The translations under genes were made by a program, and so were the position numbers. This document shows positions 29,100-38,000 of a DNA stretch of 48,041 bases, piece by piece (position 1 is the first letter of the stretch; each line of letters begins with the position of its first letter). Under the pieces are notes generated by a model. That model did no database searches, was not told where the DNA came from, and saw only the letters and a program-made list of their open reading frames with translations. The stretch lies in contig CALRFT010000006.1 of assembly GCA_943356745.1 (NCBI GenBank), positions 1-48,041 on the forward strand, read 5' to 3'. Source of the DNA: Parcubacteria group bacterium (GTDB taxonomy: Bacteria > Patescibacteriota > Minisyncoccia > Phycocordibacterales > CSBR16-119).

Positions 29100-29175
29100 G
29101 GCGCAGTCGACGAGACTTGAACTCGCAACCTCCCGCGTGACAGGCGGGTGCTCTAACCAGTTGAGCTACGACTGC
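29099..29175 (-). tRNA. tRNA-Asp(GTC)
   Basis: GCAGTCGTAGCTCAACTGGTTAGAGCACCCGCCT-GTC-ACGCGGGAGGTTGCGAGTTCAAGTCTCGTCGACTGCG-CCA folds as a cloverleaf; CCA is encoded. Confidence 0.95.
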
Positions 29176-29227
29176 ATTTGTAACCTTGGGTAACATTATA
29201 CTAGCATATCTGCTGGTATTTTGTCAC

Positions 29228-29406
29228 TTGTGTCGAGGGAGAGAATTGGTCAGGAATATTTTGCTTCGCAAAATTTCACGACCCTGCCTCAGCTGTTTCG
29301 CTTCGCTCAACATGCTTCCGGCTTTCAATTCTCTACGAAAAGCAAATAAATTTGCTTTTCTCCCTCTAAACTTTTTTTAAAAGTTTTGTGTCGAGGGAGA
29401 GAATTG
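29228..29406 (-). repeat. 21-bp direct repeat of the tRNA(CAT) 3' end flanking a 137-bp hairpin-rich insert
   Basis: ttgtgtcgagggagagaattg occurs at 29228-29248 and 29386-29406. Confidence 0.85.
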
Positions 29407-29462
29407 AACTCTCGACCTCAGCGTTATGAGTGCTGCGCTCTAACCATCTGAGCTACCCCGAC
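29389..29462 (-). tRNA. tRNA with CAT anticodon (elongator Met, or Ile2)
   Basis: GTCGGGGTAGCTCAGATGGTTAGAGCGCAGCACT-CAT-AACGCTGAGGTCGAGAGTTCAATTCTCTCCCTCGACA; paired G1-C72, no encoded CCA. Confidence 0.9.
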
Positions 29463-29546
29463 GTCTATATTGTAGGGAGAGGCACTTTGGGGTGTCACTC
29501 CCATATTTTATTTGTGCGAATATTGTATTTGACAAGACTCGCATTG

Positions 29547-29617
29547 TTGCGGGATCTGGACTCGAACCAGAGTCTTCAGGTTATGAGCCTGACGAGATAC
29601 CACTTCTCTATCCCGCT
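29547..29617 (-). tRNA. Initiator-type tRNA-fMet(CAT)
   Basis: AGCGGGATAGAGAAGTGGTATCTCGTCAGGCT-CAT-AACCTGAAGACTCTGGTTCGAGTCCAGATCCCGCAA; unpaired 1:72 (A:A) and A11-U24. Confidence 0.88.
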
Positions 29618-29665
29618 ATATAATTTACTTTGCAAAACAGGGAAGCTTGGTAAGACTCAAAACCT

Positions 29666-29722
29666 TTCAGGTTATTCGCTCTTATGATTTCCTTTCGGAG
29701 ATACCACTTCTCTATCTTGCGA
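29666..29722 (-). pseudogene. Degenerate copy of tRNA-fMet
   Basis: 19-bp exact match gagataccacttctctatc (29698-29716 vs 29594-29612) plus ttcaggttat (29666-29675); the anticodon arm is disrupted. Confidence 0.65.
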
Positions 29723-29844
29723 TATTTACATACCTTTCGGCACGTCACACACTATAGCATAAATGACATTTTATGCAAATTTTATTATACCCATTTCCAT
29801 AAGTCCTGTTATACTAGAGATATTAATATAATAGTAATTTTTTT

Positions 29845-30267
29845 ATGTATTACAACGTTGATTTACTTGCGATACTCGCAGCTTCCATAGGATCCTTTAT
29901 TTTTAGTTGGTTTTGGTATTCCCCAAAGATTTTTGGTACAGTATATCGAAAACTTCAACCTGTGATTCTTTACGAAGACTTAAGTATTAATAGAGCAAAA
30001 AAAGTAAATCGAAATGCTTCAATATTAATGTTTTTAACAAACATGATTCAAGCTTCTGTGTTGTATTTCCTTGTCTTCATCACACGAGCAGGATCAGTTG
30101 CTCAACTTATGACAATCGTATTTCTTACTTGGGCGGGATTTAGTTTGGTTAATATTATTATGGATGTTATGTGGAAAGATATTTCCCCAAAACTTATCAT
30201 TATCGATGGATTCTTTTCATTGTTCTCAAGTGTTTTGATGATGTTTATTCTTCTTCTTATTCTTTAA
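29845..30267 (+). CDS. DUF1761-like four-TM membrane protein
   Basis: LAILAA...F..WFWYSPKIFG motif; four hydrophobic helices. Confidence 0.7.
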   Translation: MYYNVDLLAILAASIGSFIFSWFWYSPKIFGTVYRKLQPVILYEDLSINRAKKVNRNASILMFLTNMIQASVLYFLVFITRAGSVAQLMTIVFLTWAGFSLVNIIMDVMWKDISPKLIIIDGFFSLFSSVLMMFILLLIL

Positions 30268-30322
30268 AATACATACATTGAAAAAGCTGAGTAAATAGGC
30301 TATATTGCTGATACTCAGCAAT

Positions 30323-30395
30323 GCCGTTGTAGCTCAGCTGGTAGAGCACTCCCATGGTAAGGGAGAGGTCTCGGGTTCGATCCCCGACAATGGCT
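30323..30395 (+). tRNA. tRNA-Thr(GGT)
   Basis: GCCGTTGTAGCTCAGCTGGTAGAGCACTCCCAT-GGT-AAGGGAGAGGTCTCGGGTTCGATCCCCGACAATGGCT. Confidence 0.95.
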
Positions 30396-30403
30396 CAATA
30401 TTT

Positions 30404-31084
30404 ATGCAACATTCTTGGGAACGGGAATATACAAACCCCACATTTATTTCAAAAGACGGAAAGCCTCAAGAGGACTTTCTCAAGTTTTTGAAATGGGTGA
30501 AAAAGAACAGAGTGCGAGAGTTGGAAGGATCGAGTATTCTTGATGCGGGTTGTGGTACGGGAAGAAACGCATTCTATTTGGTAGAAAAATACGATGCAAA
30601 AGTAGAGGCTTTTGATTTTGCAAAATCTGCAATCTCTTTTGCAAAAGAAAACTTTTCTCATCCACATATTTGTTTTTCTGTTCACAATATGAAAGACACA
30701 CTCTCATATTCTGATGAAAGTTTTGATTTTGTCTTTGATATCATGGCTTCGTTTTCGCTTTCTGATGGTGATAGAGAAATATACCTCCAAGAACTTCATA
30801 GAGTTTTGAAGCTGGATGGGCTCATGTATGTACGAACCCTTGCAAAAGAAGGAGACAAGAATGCTCAGTTTTTGATTAAGAATAATCCAGGAGACGATCC
30901 TGATACCTATATCCACCCAACCTTGTTGTCACAAGAAAAAGTTTTTTCAGGTCCAAGTTTTAAAGAAGTATATGAAAAATATTTTGAAGTAGTGTTTATG
31001 GAACGAAAAAGCGGGTATCAAAAATTTGATGGACAGCCATATAAAAGAAATTATTGGAATGTATATTTAAGAAAAAATGTCTAA
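30404..31084 (+). CDS. Class I SAM-dependent methyltransferase
   Basis: ILDAGCGTGRN, SFDFVF and RVLKLDG; the start was moved to ATG 30404 because the upstream frame is tRNA-Thr. Confidence 0.88.
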   Translation: MQHSWEREYTNPTFISKDGKPQEDFLKFLKWVKKNRVRELEGSSILDAGCGTGRNAFYLVEKYDAKVEAFDFAKSAISFAKENFSHPHICFSVHNMKDTLSYSDESFDFVFDIMASFSLSDGDREIYLQELHRVLKLDGLMYVRTLAKEGDKNAQFLIKNNPGDDPDTYIHPTLLSQEKVFSGPSFKEVYEKYFEVVFMERKSGYQKFDGQPYKRNYWNVYLRKNV

Positions 31085-31952
31085 AGAGGAAATTCAAAAA
31101 AAGATAGAGATACTTGAAAGTGAAATGTCTTCACCGCATTTTTGGTTTGATAAAAATACTGCTCAAGCAAAAATTAAAGAACTTCAAGAACTCAAAGATG
31201 AACTTTTGGGTGTTGGCAAGTATGATAAGCTCGGATCGGTGATTACTATTTTTGCTGGTGTTGGAGGTGATGATGCAGAAGATTTTGTTTCCATGCTCTA
31301 TAAAATGTATTCAAAGTATTGTGACGGAAAAGGTTGGCAACAAAATATTTTGAACGAAAGTGAAAATAGTAACGGAGGTTATAGAAGTATCACTCTTGAA
31401 ATTCCGAATAAAAATTCTTATGGAGTTTTGAAAAATGAATCAGGGGTTCACAGACTTGTTCGAATTTCTCCATTTAACGCTCAAGGAAAAAGACAAACCT
31501 CCTTTGCTATGGTAGAAGTTGTTCCGCTTATTGGTGATACCGAATCCTTTGTTTTGGATGAAAAAGATTTGAAAATTGAATTTGCAAAATCAGGCGGTGC
31601 AGGAGGACAAAATGTAAATAAAAGAGAAACAGCGGTGCGAATTGTTCACACGCCAACAAATATTTCTGCAGGATGTCAGAGCGAGAGAAGTCAGGAGGCA
31701 AACAGAGAAAAAGCAATGAATCTTTTGAAAGCAAAACTCGTGAAAAAATTTGAAGAAGATAAAAAGAAAGAAGAAGCAGGACTTGCGATTTCAAAGACGG
31801 TTGAGATTGAGTGGGGGAATCAAATTCGAAACTATGTTTTGCATCCTTATAAGCTTGTTAAGGATCTTCGAACAGATTTGGAAACAAGTAATGTTGACGC
31901 TGTACTCGCTGGGGATATTGAGGGATTTATTCAAGCGGAAAGAGAACTCTAA
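31077..31952 (+). CDS. prfB: Peptide chain release factor 2, short form
   Basis: ESGVHRLVRISPF (SPF), GGAGGQNVNK and IEWGNQIRNYVLHPY. Confidence 0.93.
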   Translation: MSKEEIQKKIEILESEMSSPHFWFDKNTAQAKIKELQELKDELLGVGKYDKLGSVITIFAGVGGDDAEDFVSMLYKMYSKYCDGKGWQQNILNESENSNGGYRSITLEIPNKNSYGVLKNESGVHRLVRISPFNAQGKRQTSFAMVEVVPLIGDTESFVLDEKDLKIEFAKSGGAGGQNVNKRETAVRIVHTPTNISAGCQSERSQEANREKAMNLLKAKLVKKFEEDKKKEEAGLAISKTVEIEWGNQIRNYVLHPYKLVKDLRTDLETSNVDAVLAGDIEGFIQAEREL

Positions 31953-31956
31953 AATT

Positions 31957-31978
31957 AAAAGCCCAAAAGGGCTTTTTA
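31957..31978. terminator. Bidirectional terminator
   Basis: TAAAAGCCC-aaaa-GGGCTTTTTA. Confidence 0.75.
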
Positions 31979-32086
31979 GTTGAGTGAAAATTTTATTTTT
32001 AAGACTCCCCAGATTGCGTATTTAGGAATTATGATTTGGAATTTGTTTTTGGTAATCCAATTTTTGCACTTTTTTGCTTTGGACAT
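31976..32086 (-). CDS. Putative 36-aa basic small protein
   Basis: MSKAKKCKNWITKNKFQIIIPKYAIWGVLKIKFSLN*; upstream TTGTTA-N17-TATAAT and an A-rich leader; it ends at the hairpin. Confidence 0.35.
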   Translation of the reverse strand: MSKAKKCKNWITKNKFQIIIPKYAIWGVLKIKFSLN

Positions 32087-32178
32087 GGTTTTGAAATTTT
32101 TTTTATTATACAATAATTAAATAATATTAACAAGTATTTCTTATATTGCTTGCGAGTTATCTATAAATAGTTACCATA

Positions 32179-33222
32179 GTGTGTATGGATCATCTTTTAA
32201 GGAATAGAAAATCTAAAGAAGAGCTTCTGGCTCATCTTGAACAAGAAACCTTTAAACGAAAGACTATTTCGTTTTATCGCTATGTCAAAATTTCCGACCC
32301 AAAAGCTATAAGAGATATGCTTTTCGAAAAACTTGAAAAGTTCAGTTGTCTTGGAAGAATATATGTTGCTCAGGAGGGTATTAATGCTCAGATGAATATC
32401 CCAGAGCATAATTTTGAAGCTTTTGATTATTTTATTCAATCAATCCCGGAATTTAGAGGTGTGCCTTATAAGGTTGCTGTTGAGGAAAAAGGAAAATCTT
32501 CTTTTTTGAAATTAACAATAAAAGTGAAAGAAAAAATTGTTGCCGACGGACTCAATGATTCGACTTTTGATCCGAGTAATACTGGTGAATATGTAACAGC
32601 AGAAGATGTGAATGATATGATTGATCGAGGTGTAACTGTGATTGATATGCGAAATGCATATGAAGCAGAAGTTGGTCATTTTGAAAACGCAAAAATTATG
32701 CAGGTTGATACTTTTCGAGAACAGCTTGCAAAGGTTGAAGAAGAATTTAAGGATGATAAAAACAAAGAAGTTCTTCTGTACTGCACTGGAGGTATTCGAT
32801 GTGAAAAGGCGAGTGCGTGGATGAAGCATCGAGGGTTCCAAAATGTAAAACACGTGAAGGGTGGAATTATTGATTACGCACATCAGGTGCAAGAAAAAGG
32901 ACTTCTAAATAAATTCAAAGGAAAGAACTTTGTCTTCGATGAGCGTCTTGGTGAACGTATATCTCCAGAAATAATTTCAAATTGTCATGTGTGTCAGAGT
33001 GTGAAATCAGATGATCACTTTGATTGTAATAATAAGTACTGTAATCGATTGTTTATTTCCTGCGAGTCATGTTTAGAAAAACACAAGGGATATTGCGGAA
33101 CTGTTTGTGGTATTCTCGACGGAAAACCAAGATGGATACAAAAGCTGTTTATCTTTAAACCAAAGCAGTCAAAAAATGGAGTATTTAGAAAAAGATATTT
33201 TAGAACTAAAAAATTAGCATAG
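32179..33222 (+). CDS. trhO: tRNA uridine(34) hydroxylase (YceA/UPF0176 rhodanese family)
   Basis: SFYRY, GRIYVAQEGINAQ, DMRNAYE..VGHF, YCTGGIRCEK and GKNFVFDER; the start could be ATG 32185. Confidence 0.92.
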   Translation: MCMDHLLRNRKSKEELLAHLEQETFKRKTISFYRYVKISDPKAIRDMLFEKLEKFSCLGRIYVAQEGINAQMNIPEHNFEAFDYFIQSIPEFRGVPYKVAVEEKGKSSFLKLTIKVKEKIVADGLNDSTFDPSNTGEYVTAEDVNDMIDRGVTVIDMRNAYEAEVGHFENAKIMQVDTFREQLAKVEEEFKDDKNKEVLLYCTGGIRCEKASAWMKHRGFQNVKHVKGGIIDYAHQVQEKGLLNKFKGKNFVFDERLGERISPEIISNCHVCQSVKSDDHFDCNNKYCNRLFISCESCLEKHKGYCGTVCGILDGKPRWIQKLFIFKPKQSKNGVFRKRYFRTKKLA

Positions 33223-33251
33223 GTAATTATTAAGTGATATTATGAAATAAT

Positions 33252-33803
33252 ATGGATAAAAAATTAAACCAATGGTGGTTTCGATTATTAAAAGTAATTT
33301 ATGTTATTCTATTTTTAACCACAATCGGTTTTTCTCTGGGGGTTACTTTAAGTGATTCAAAACCTCATACAAATATTTATCTAAGTACATATAATTTTAT
33401 GTGCCAAGATGGTTCTGTTCACGGTAAATATGATTCAGTTCTCCTAGATAAACAATATTACTTAGATGTCGAATATTTCGATTTTTATGATGTTACTTAT
33501 AAAAGACTTGCTCGTTTTCAATGTCAATATAATGAATATCTAAAAACTTTAGATGAAGAAGATAAAAAAGAGTGGTATACATTGGCAATTAATAATGAAA
33601 TTGAAGATTTATCAATAACAAAAAACTATACAATTGGTTTTGAAGAGAAAATTATCACTGGTACTTGGCAAGAATATTATCTTCTTATCTTGTTGTCGTT
33701 GATAGTCCCGATTATAGTTTTTAGTTTAATAAGATATATTTTCTTTTATGTTGCAAAAAATGAACATAAATTCATATTTAATGAGTTTAAAAATATCAAA
33801 TAA
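33252..33803 (+). CDS. Hypothetical two-TM membrane protein
   Basis: WWFRLLKVIY N-terminal TM and a C-terminal TM; very AT-rich. Confidence 0.65.
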   Translation: MDKKLNQWWFRLLKVIYVILFLTTIGFSLGVTLSDSKPHTNIYLSTYNFMCQDGSVHGKYDSVLLDKQYYLDVEYFDFYDVTYKRLARFQCQYNEYLKTLDEEDKKEWYTLAINNEIEDLSITKNYTIGFEEKIITGTWQEYYLLILLSLIVPIIVFSLIRYIFFYVAKNEHKFIFNEFKNIK

Positions 33804-33808
33804 TTTTT

Positions 33809-34942
33809 ATGGAAATTAATATACATACACAAGAAGAACAAGATTTGAGAAAGAGTCTTGCAGAGCGAACTGATGCAGAAGCGATGAGAATGCATCGATA
33901 TCTTTCAATGCCAGATTTGGCTCGAACTCCTGGAAGTCCGCTCCATGAAATCGTGAGACGAGTACAAAAAGTTCCAGCGCTTGCTGGACTTGATATTATT
34001 CAAATCCCAGAAATTGTCCCTGCTGAAATCACTTTTGATCTTTTTGATTTTCCTCTCGATCACGTCGCGCGAAGTACTTCTGATACATATTATGCAAACG
34101 ACAGTCATATTCTTCGAACACACAATACAGTGTCTTGGTATTACTATTTCCACAATCAAGATGTGATTGAACGAGCAAAACGAAAAGAACATCTTGGCGC
34201 ACTTTGTTTTGGAAAAGTATACCGAAAAGATGAAATTGATCGAAGACACATGAATGTTTTTCATCAAATTGATGGATGGAAACTTATCCCAAATGAAGAA
34301 GGAGTAATGCCGCTCGACGAGCTCAAAAGAGTGCTTTCAGAAATTGTAGAAACTGTATTTGGAAAAGAAACAGAATATCGATTTTTGGAAGATACATTTC
34401 CATACACAGATCCATCAACACAGATTGAAGTAATGGTGAACGGACAATGGGTTGAAATTCTGGGTGCGGGAATGGTCAAACCATCAGTACTTAAAAAAAT
34501 GGGAATTGAAGGATATAACGGTTGGGCATTTGGTTTTGGTCTTGAACGTCTTGCTATGCTTTCGATGGAACTCCCAGATATCCGACTTCTTTGGTCAGAT
34601 GATGAGCGAGTTAAAAAACAACTTGTTCTTGGAATAAAGTTTCAGGAGGTAAGTAAATACCCACCAGTAATTCGAGATATTTCATTTTTGGTAGACACAA
34701 AAGATTTTCAACCAAATAATTATTTTGACCTGGTTCGAGATGTTGTGGGAGACACAGCAGAAGAAATGGCTTTGATTGACGAGTATGAAAATGCTGCAAA
34801 ATTTGGAGAAGGAAAGAAAAGTTATGCATACAGAATTACATACCGCTCACTCGATCGAACACTTACCGATGAAGAGGTAAATTCGCTTCATAAGAATCTT
34901 GAAGATAAAACAAAAGAAATACTGCACGCTGTAGTACGATAA
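33809..34942 (+). CDS. pheS: Single-chain (mitochondrial-type) phenylalanyl-tRNA synthetase: alpha catalytic domain plus FDX-ACB
   Basis: LRTH, GKVYRKDEID..H..VFHQIDG, FPYTDPS, WVEILGAG and GWAFGFGLERLAM, followed by SKYPPVIRDISF...KKSYAYRITYRSLDRTLTDEEVN. Confidence 0.9.
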   Translation: MEINIHTQEEQDLRKSLAERTDAEAMRMHRYLSMPDLARTPGSPLHEIVRRVQKVPALAGLDIIQIPEIVPAEITFDLFDFPLDHVARSTSDTYYANDSHILRTHNTVSWYYYFHNQDVIERAKRKEHLGALCFGKVYRKDEIDRRHMNVFHQIDGWKLIPNEEGVMPLDELKRVLSEIVETVFGKETEYRFLEDTFPYTDPSTQIEVMVNGQWVEILGAGMVKPSVLKKMGIEGYNGWAFGFGLERLAMLSMELPDIRLLWSDDERVKKQLVLGIKFQEVSKYPPVIRDISFLVDTKDFQPNNYFDLVRDVVGDTAEEMALIDEYENAAKFGEGKKSYAYRITYRSLDRTLTDEEVNSLHKNLEDKTKEILHAVVR

Positions 34943-34973
34943 AAAGAACCCCTCTAAAGGGGTTCTTTTTATC
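34938..34973 (+). terminator. Terminator, 16-bp perfect inverted repeat including the stop codon
   Basis: GATAAAAAGAACCCCT-ctaa-AGGGGTTCTTTTTATC. Confidence 0.85.
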
Positions 34974-35044
34974 CCCAGTTTAATTAAAAAAATCCTTCTA
35001 TAATTAAACTATTATAAGTTTATAAGCACTGTATATAAGTTTTT

Positions 35045-38000
35045 ATGATTAAAAATATGTTTAGCGAAAAAGTGTCTACAAGTAAGAAGACACTTACTGC
35101 TGTGTTTGTGGTAGGGGTTTTGTTATTTTCTGCTTTGGTTATTAATTCTATTCAACAGAAAACAAACCTTCAGGCTCAATCTGGTTTTTTGGTTCGAACC
35201 CTTTCTAATTTAATAGGAAGTAGACTCGATCCGCTAAAAAATATACCAAATGATAACTTAACATTTTCTTCTGAATCAGCGCAACAGAATAATGCTATTC
35301 TTTTTACAGAAGAAGGACAGCCGATTATTGATTTTAATAATTTAGATAGTATAAAAAACTCATCAGCTACCGGGTCTAGTTCTGGTTTTTTTATTTTGCC
35401 AGAAGATAAAGATCCGCTAGGAGTAAATTCCTATATTGTTACATTCAAGGCGGATCCAATTGCAGAAAAAGCAAAAAATGTTTTAGCGTCCCAAGGAAAA
35501 GAAATTTTACCTGGTGAAAAAAATAAAGAAGCGCTAAAACAAGATCTTCAAAAAATTAAACCTCAAATTGATTCTCAAAAAACACTTATTGCAAATCAGC
35601 AAAATGGACTACTTACAAAAGTAGGTTCTGAATTTGGTGATGTTAAAAGTACACGAGGATCAGTAAAAGTTTATAATGATGGACAAAAAGAGGTTACAGT
35701 GCGACAACTTAAATCTGCCATCAATGCAGTGACTATTTCTAACGTAACCGAAGATGAAATAAAACAACTTACTCGAGGTGTCTCAAATATTGAAAGAATC
35801 GAGAAAGCTCAACTAATTACTGCAGACCTTACTGATACAGCAGAAATTATTAATACAGAACAATTACAACAGTACTTAGGTGCAAACGGAGTTCCTCTCA
35901 CTGGACAAGGAACAATTATCGGAGTTGTTGATACAGGGGTGGACTACACTCATCAAGATCTTGGTTCTTGCAGTTTCCTTCTTGAGGCTGGTTGTAAGGT
36001 TGCTTATGGATATGATTTTGTTAATAACGATCCAGATCCTATGGATGATCAGGGGCACGGGACTCATGTGGCTGCAACCGCTGCTGGAAATGGTTACTAT
36101 ACTCAATCTAATGGAAATACACAGCCTCTTCTTGGAATTGCTCCTGATGCAACAATATATGCATTTAAAGTTCTAGGAGCTAATGGATCAGGATCAAATG
36201 TTGGTGTTATTGCAGCTATGGAGGCTTGTGTAGATCCAAACGGAGACGGAGACATTTCTGATCGAGTTACTGTTTGTACATTAAGTCTCGGTTCTGCTAA
36301 TGGTAATCCAACAGACGCAACTTCACTTGCTGCAGATGCCGCTGTTGATGCGGGGGTTATTATGACAATCGCTGCTGGAAACGATGGTCCTGGTCCTGAA
36401 ACAATTGGATCACCGGGAACTTCAAGAAAAGCTATTACAGTTGGTGCGGCTTGTAAACCTTCTCAGGTTGGCAATGATGCTCTTTGTAATGAAGCAGTTG
36501 CTTCGTTTTCTTCGCGTGGTCCAGTACTTTTCAGTGAAAATGGACAAAATATTTCTATAAATAAGCCAGATGTCGTTTCTCCAGGTGTTTCAATATGTGC
36601 TGCACAATGGGGTGATTGGTTACAAGGAAAATCATGTCTTGGAGATAACCAACATATTGCTATTAATGGTACATCGATGGCAACACCAACAGTTGCTGGA
36701 CTTATGGCATTGTTAGCTCAAGCACATCCTGAAAAAAGTGTTGCTGAATTAAAAGAAGCATTGATGACAAGCGCAACAGATCTTAATCTTCCTGTTAGTG
36801 TGCAAGGGCAAGGTTTGGTTGATGGTCAAGCTGCTTTAGAGACTCTCGGAATACCAAATGCATTTGTTCAAATTCAAGGTTTACCATTCAATGTTAATGA
36901 TACGGGAAACTCTCAAACTGCTAGTTATTCAAAACAACTGACTTTGACCAATACTTCAAATACACCTCTTAATCTTACTGCTACCCGTGTAACTTCAAAT
37001 GCAGGTGTTGATCTTACATTTCCTGGAACTGTTTCTATTCCTGTCGGTGGTCAACAAAATTTCAACATCACTATGGGTATTGACCATACTCAAGCAATAT
37101 CTGGAAATACTAAAGAAACTATTAAGTTAATGAATGGTTCAGAAAGTGTAAATCTTACAATTTCTAGAAAAACACCAGATTATCTTACGACAAATAAAAC
37201 AAAACTTGATTTTGGATTGTTTCACGCATCTCAAGCAAACTTTAGTGCAACATTACCCATTCAATTAACAAATAGAATGAATTTCCAAGGAGAGACATAT
37301 GATGTTGTGATTGATGAATCTCTCATTCAGACACCCTATCAAGATAATATTACTGTTACACCTTCTAGTTCTCAAATTACCCTGAATGCTGGACAGCAAA
37401 CAACATTGAATGTTTCTATGTCTGCACTCTCTGCTACTGGTAACATACTTCCTAATAAGGAATATAAAGTTATATTGAAACTCGTTTCTGATAAAGAAAC
37501 TATCCCTATTGAACTTACTCTTTTCAGAGGATATAGTTTTGAATTGTATTATGGAAATGTTGTGCCTGATATGGCTACTGTGTCTGGATCAACATGGCAG
37601 CTTTCTTATGTTCCTAATCCACAAGCTCAAAGCATGATATTTAAGACTACTCAACAAGGTCCTTATCACGCTATTGGTATTTATACAGATAACCAATCTG
37701 GATTTCAAAGATTAACAACTATTTATCAACATGATATAGGGCTCAATGGAAGTACCGGAGTTGTTACTTATGATATTTCAAAAAATAAAGCAGAGCATAG
37801 AATAGAGAATACTTACTCTGGTAACGCTTGTGTTTTTAGAACTATTCCAGACACTGGTGAATGGTCAAGAGGGTTAACTTCTTCAATAGGAGGAAAAATT
37901 GCGGTTGAATATAATACAATCCCTGAAAATATGCACTTCTCTTTGATTTGCGGAGACTTAATGCCGGCAAATGATAGAATCATATTTTCTCAGATTTATC

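Noticed and set aside
29474-29543. Two imperfect hairpins between the CAT tRNAs as an ncRNA
   Set aside because: They are short and imperfect, consistent with ordinary tRNA spacer structure, with no family features.
29186-29890. ORFs 29186..29380, 29430..29687 and 29684..29890
   Set aside because: They are antisense to tRNAs, the tRNA-linked element or the pseudo-tRNA, and show no protein motifs.
30305-30403. N-terminal extension of the methyltransferase
   Set aside because: It is the translated tRNA-Thr sequence. The extensions at 1765, 4707, 12296, 43097 and 47886 were rejected likewise because they overlap terminators, promoters or neighbouring genes.
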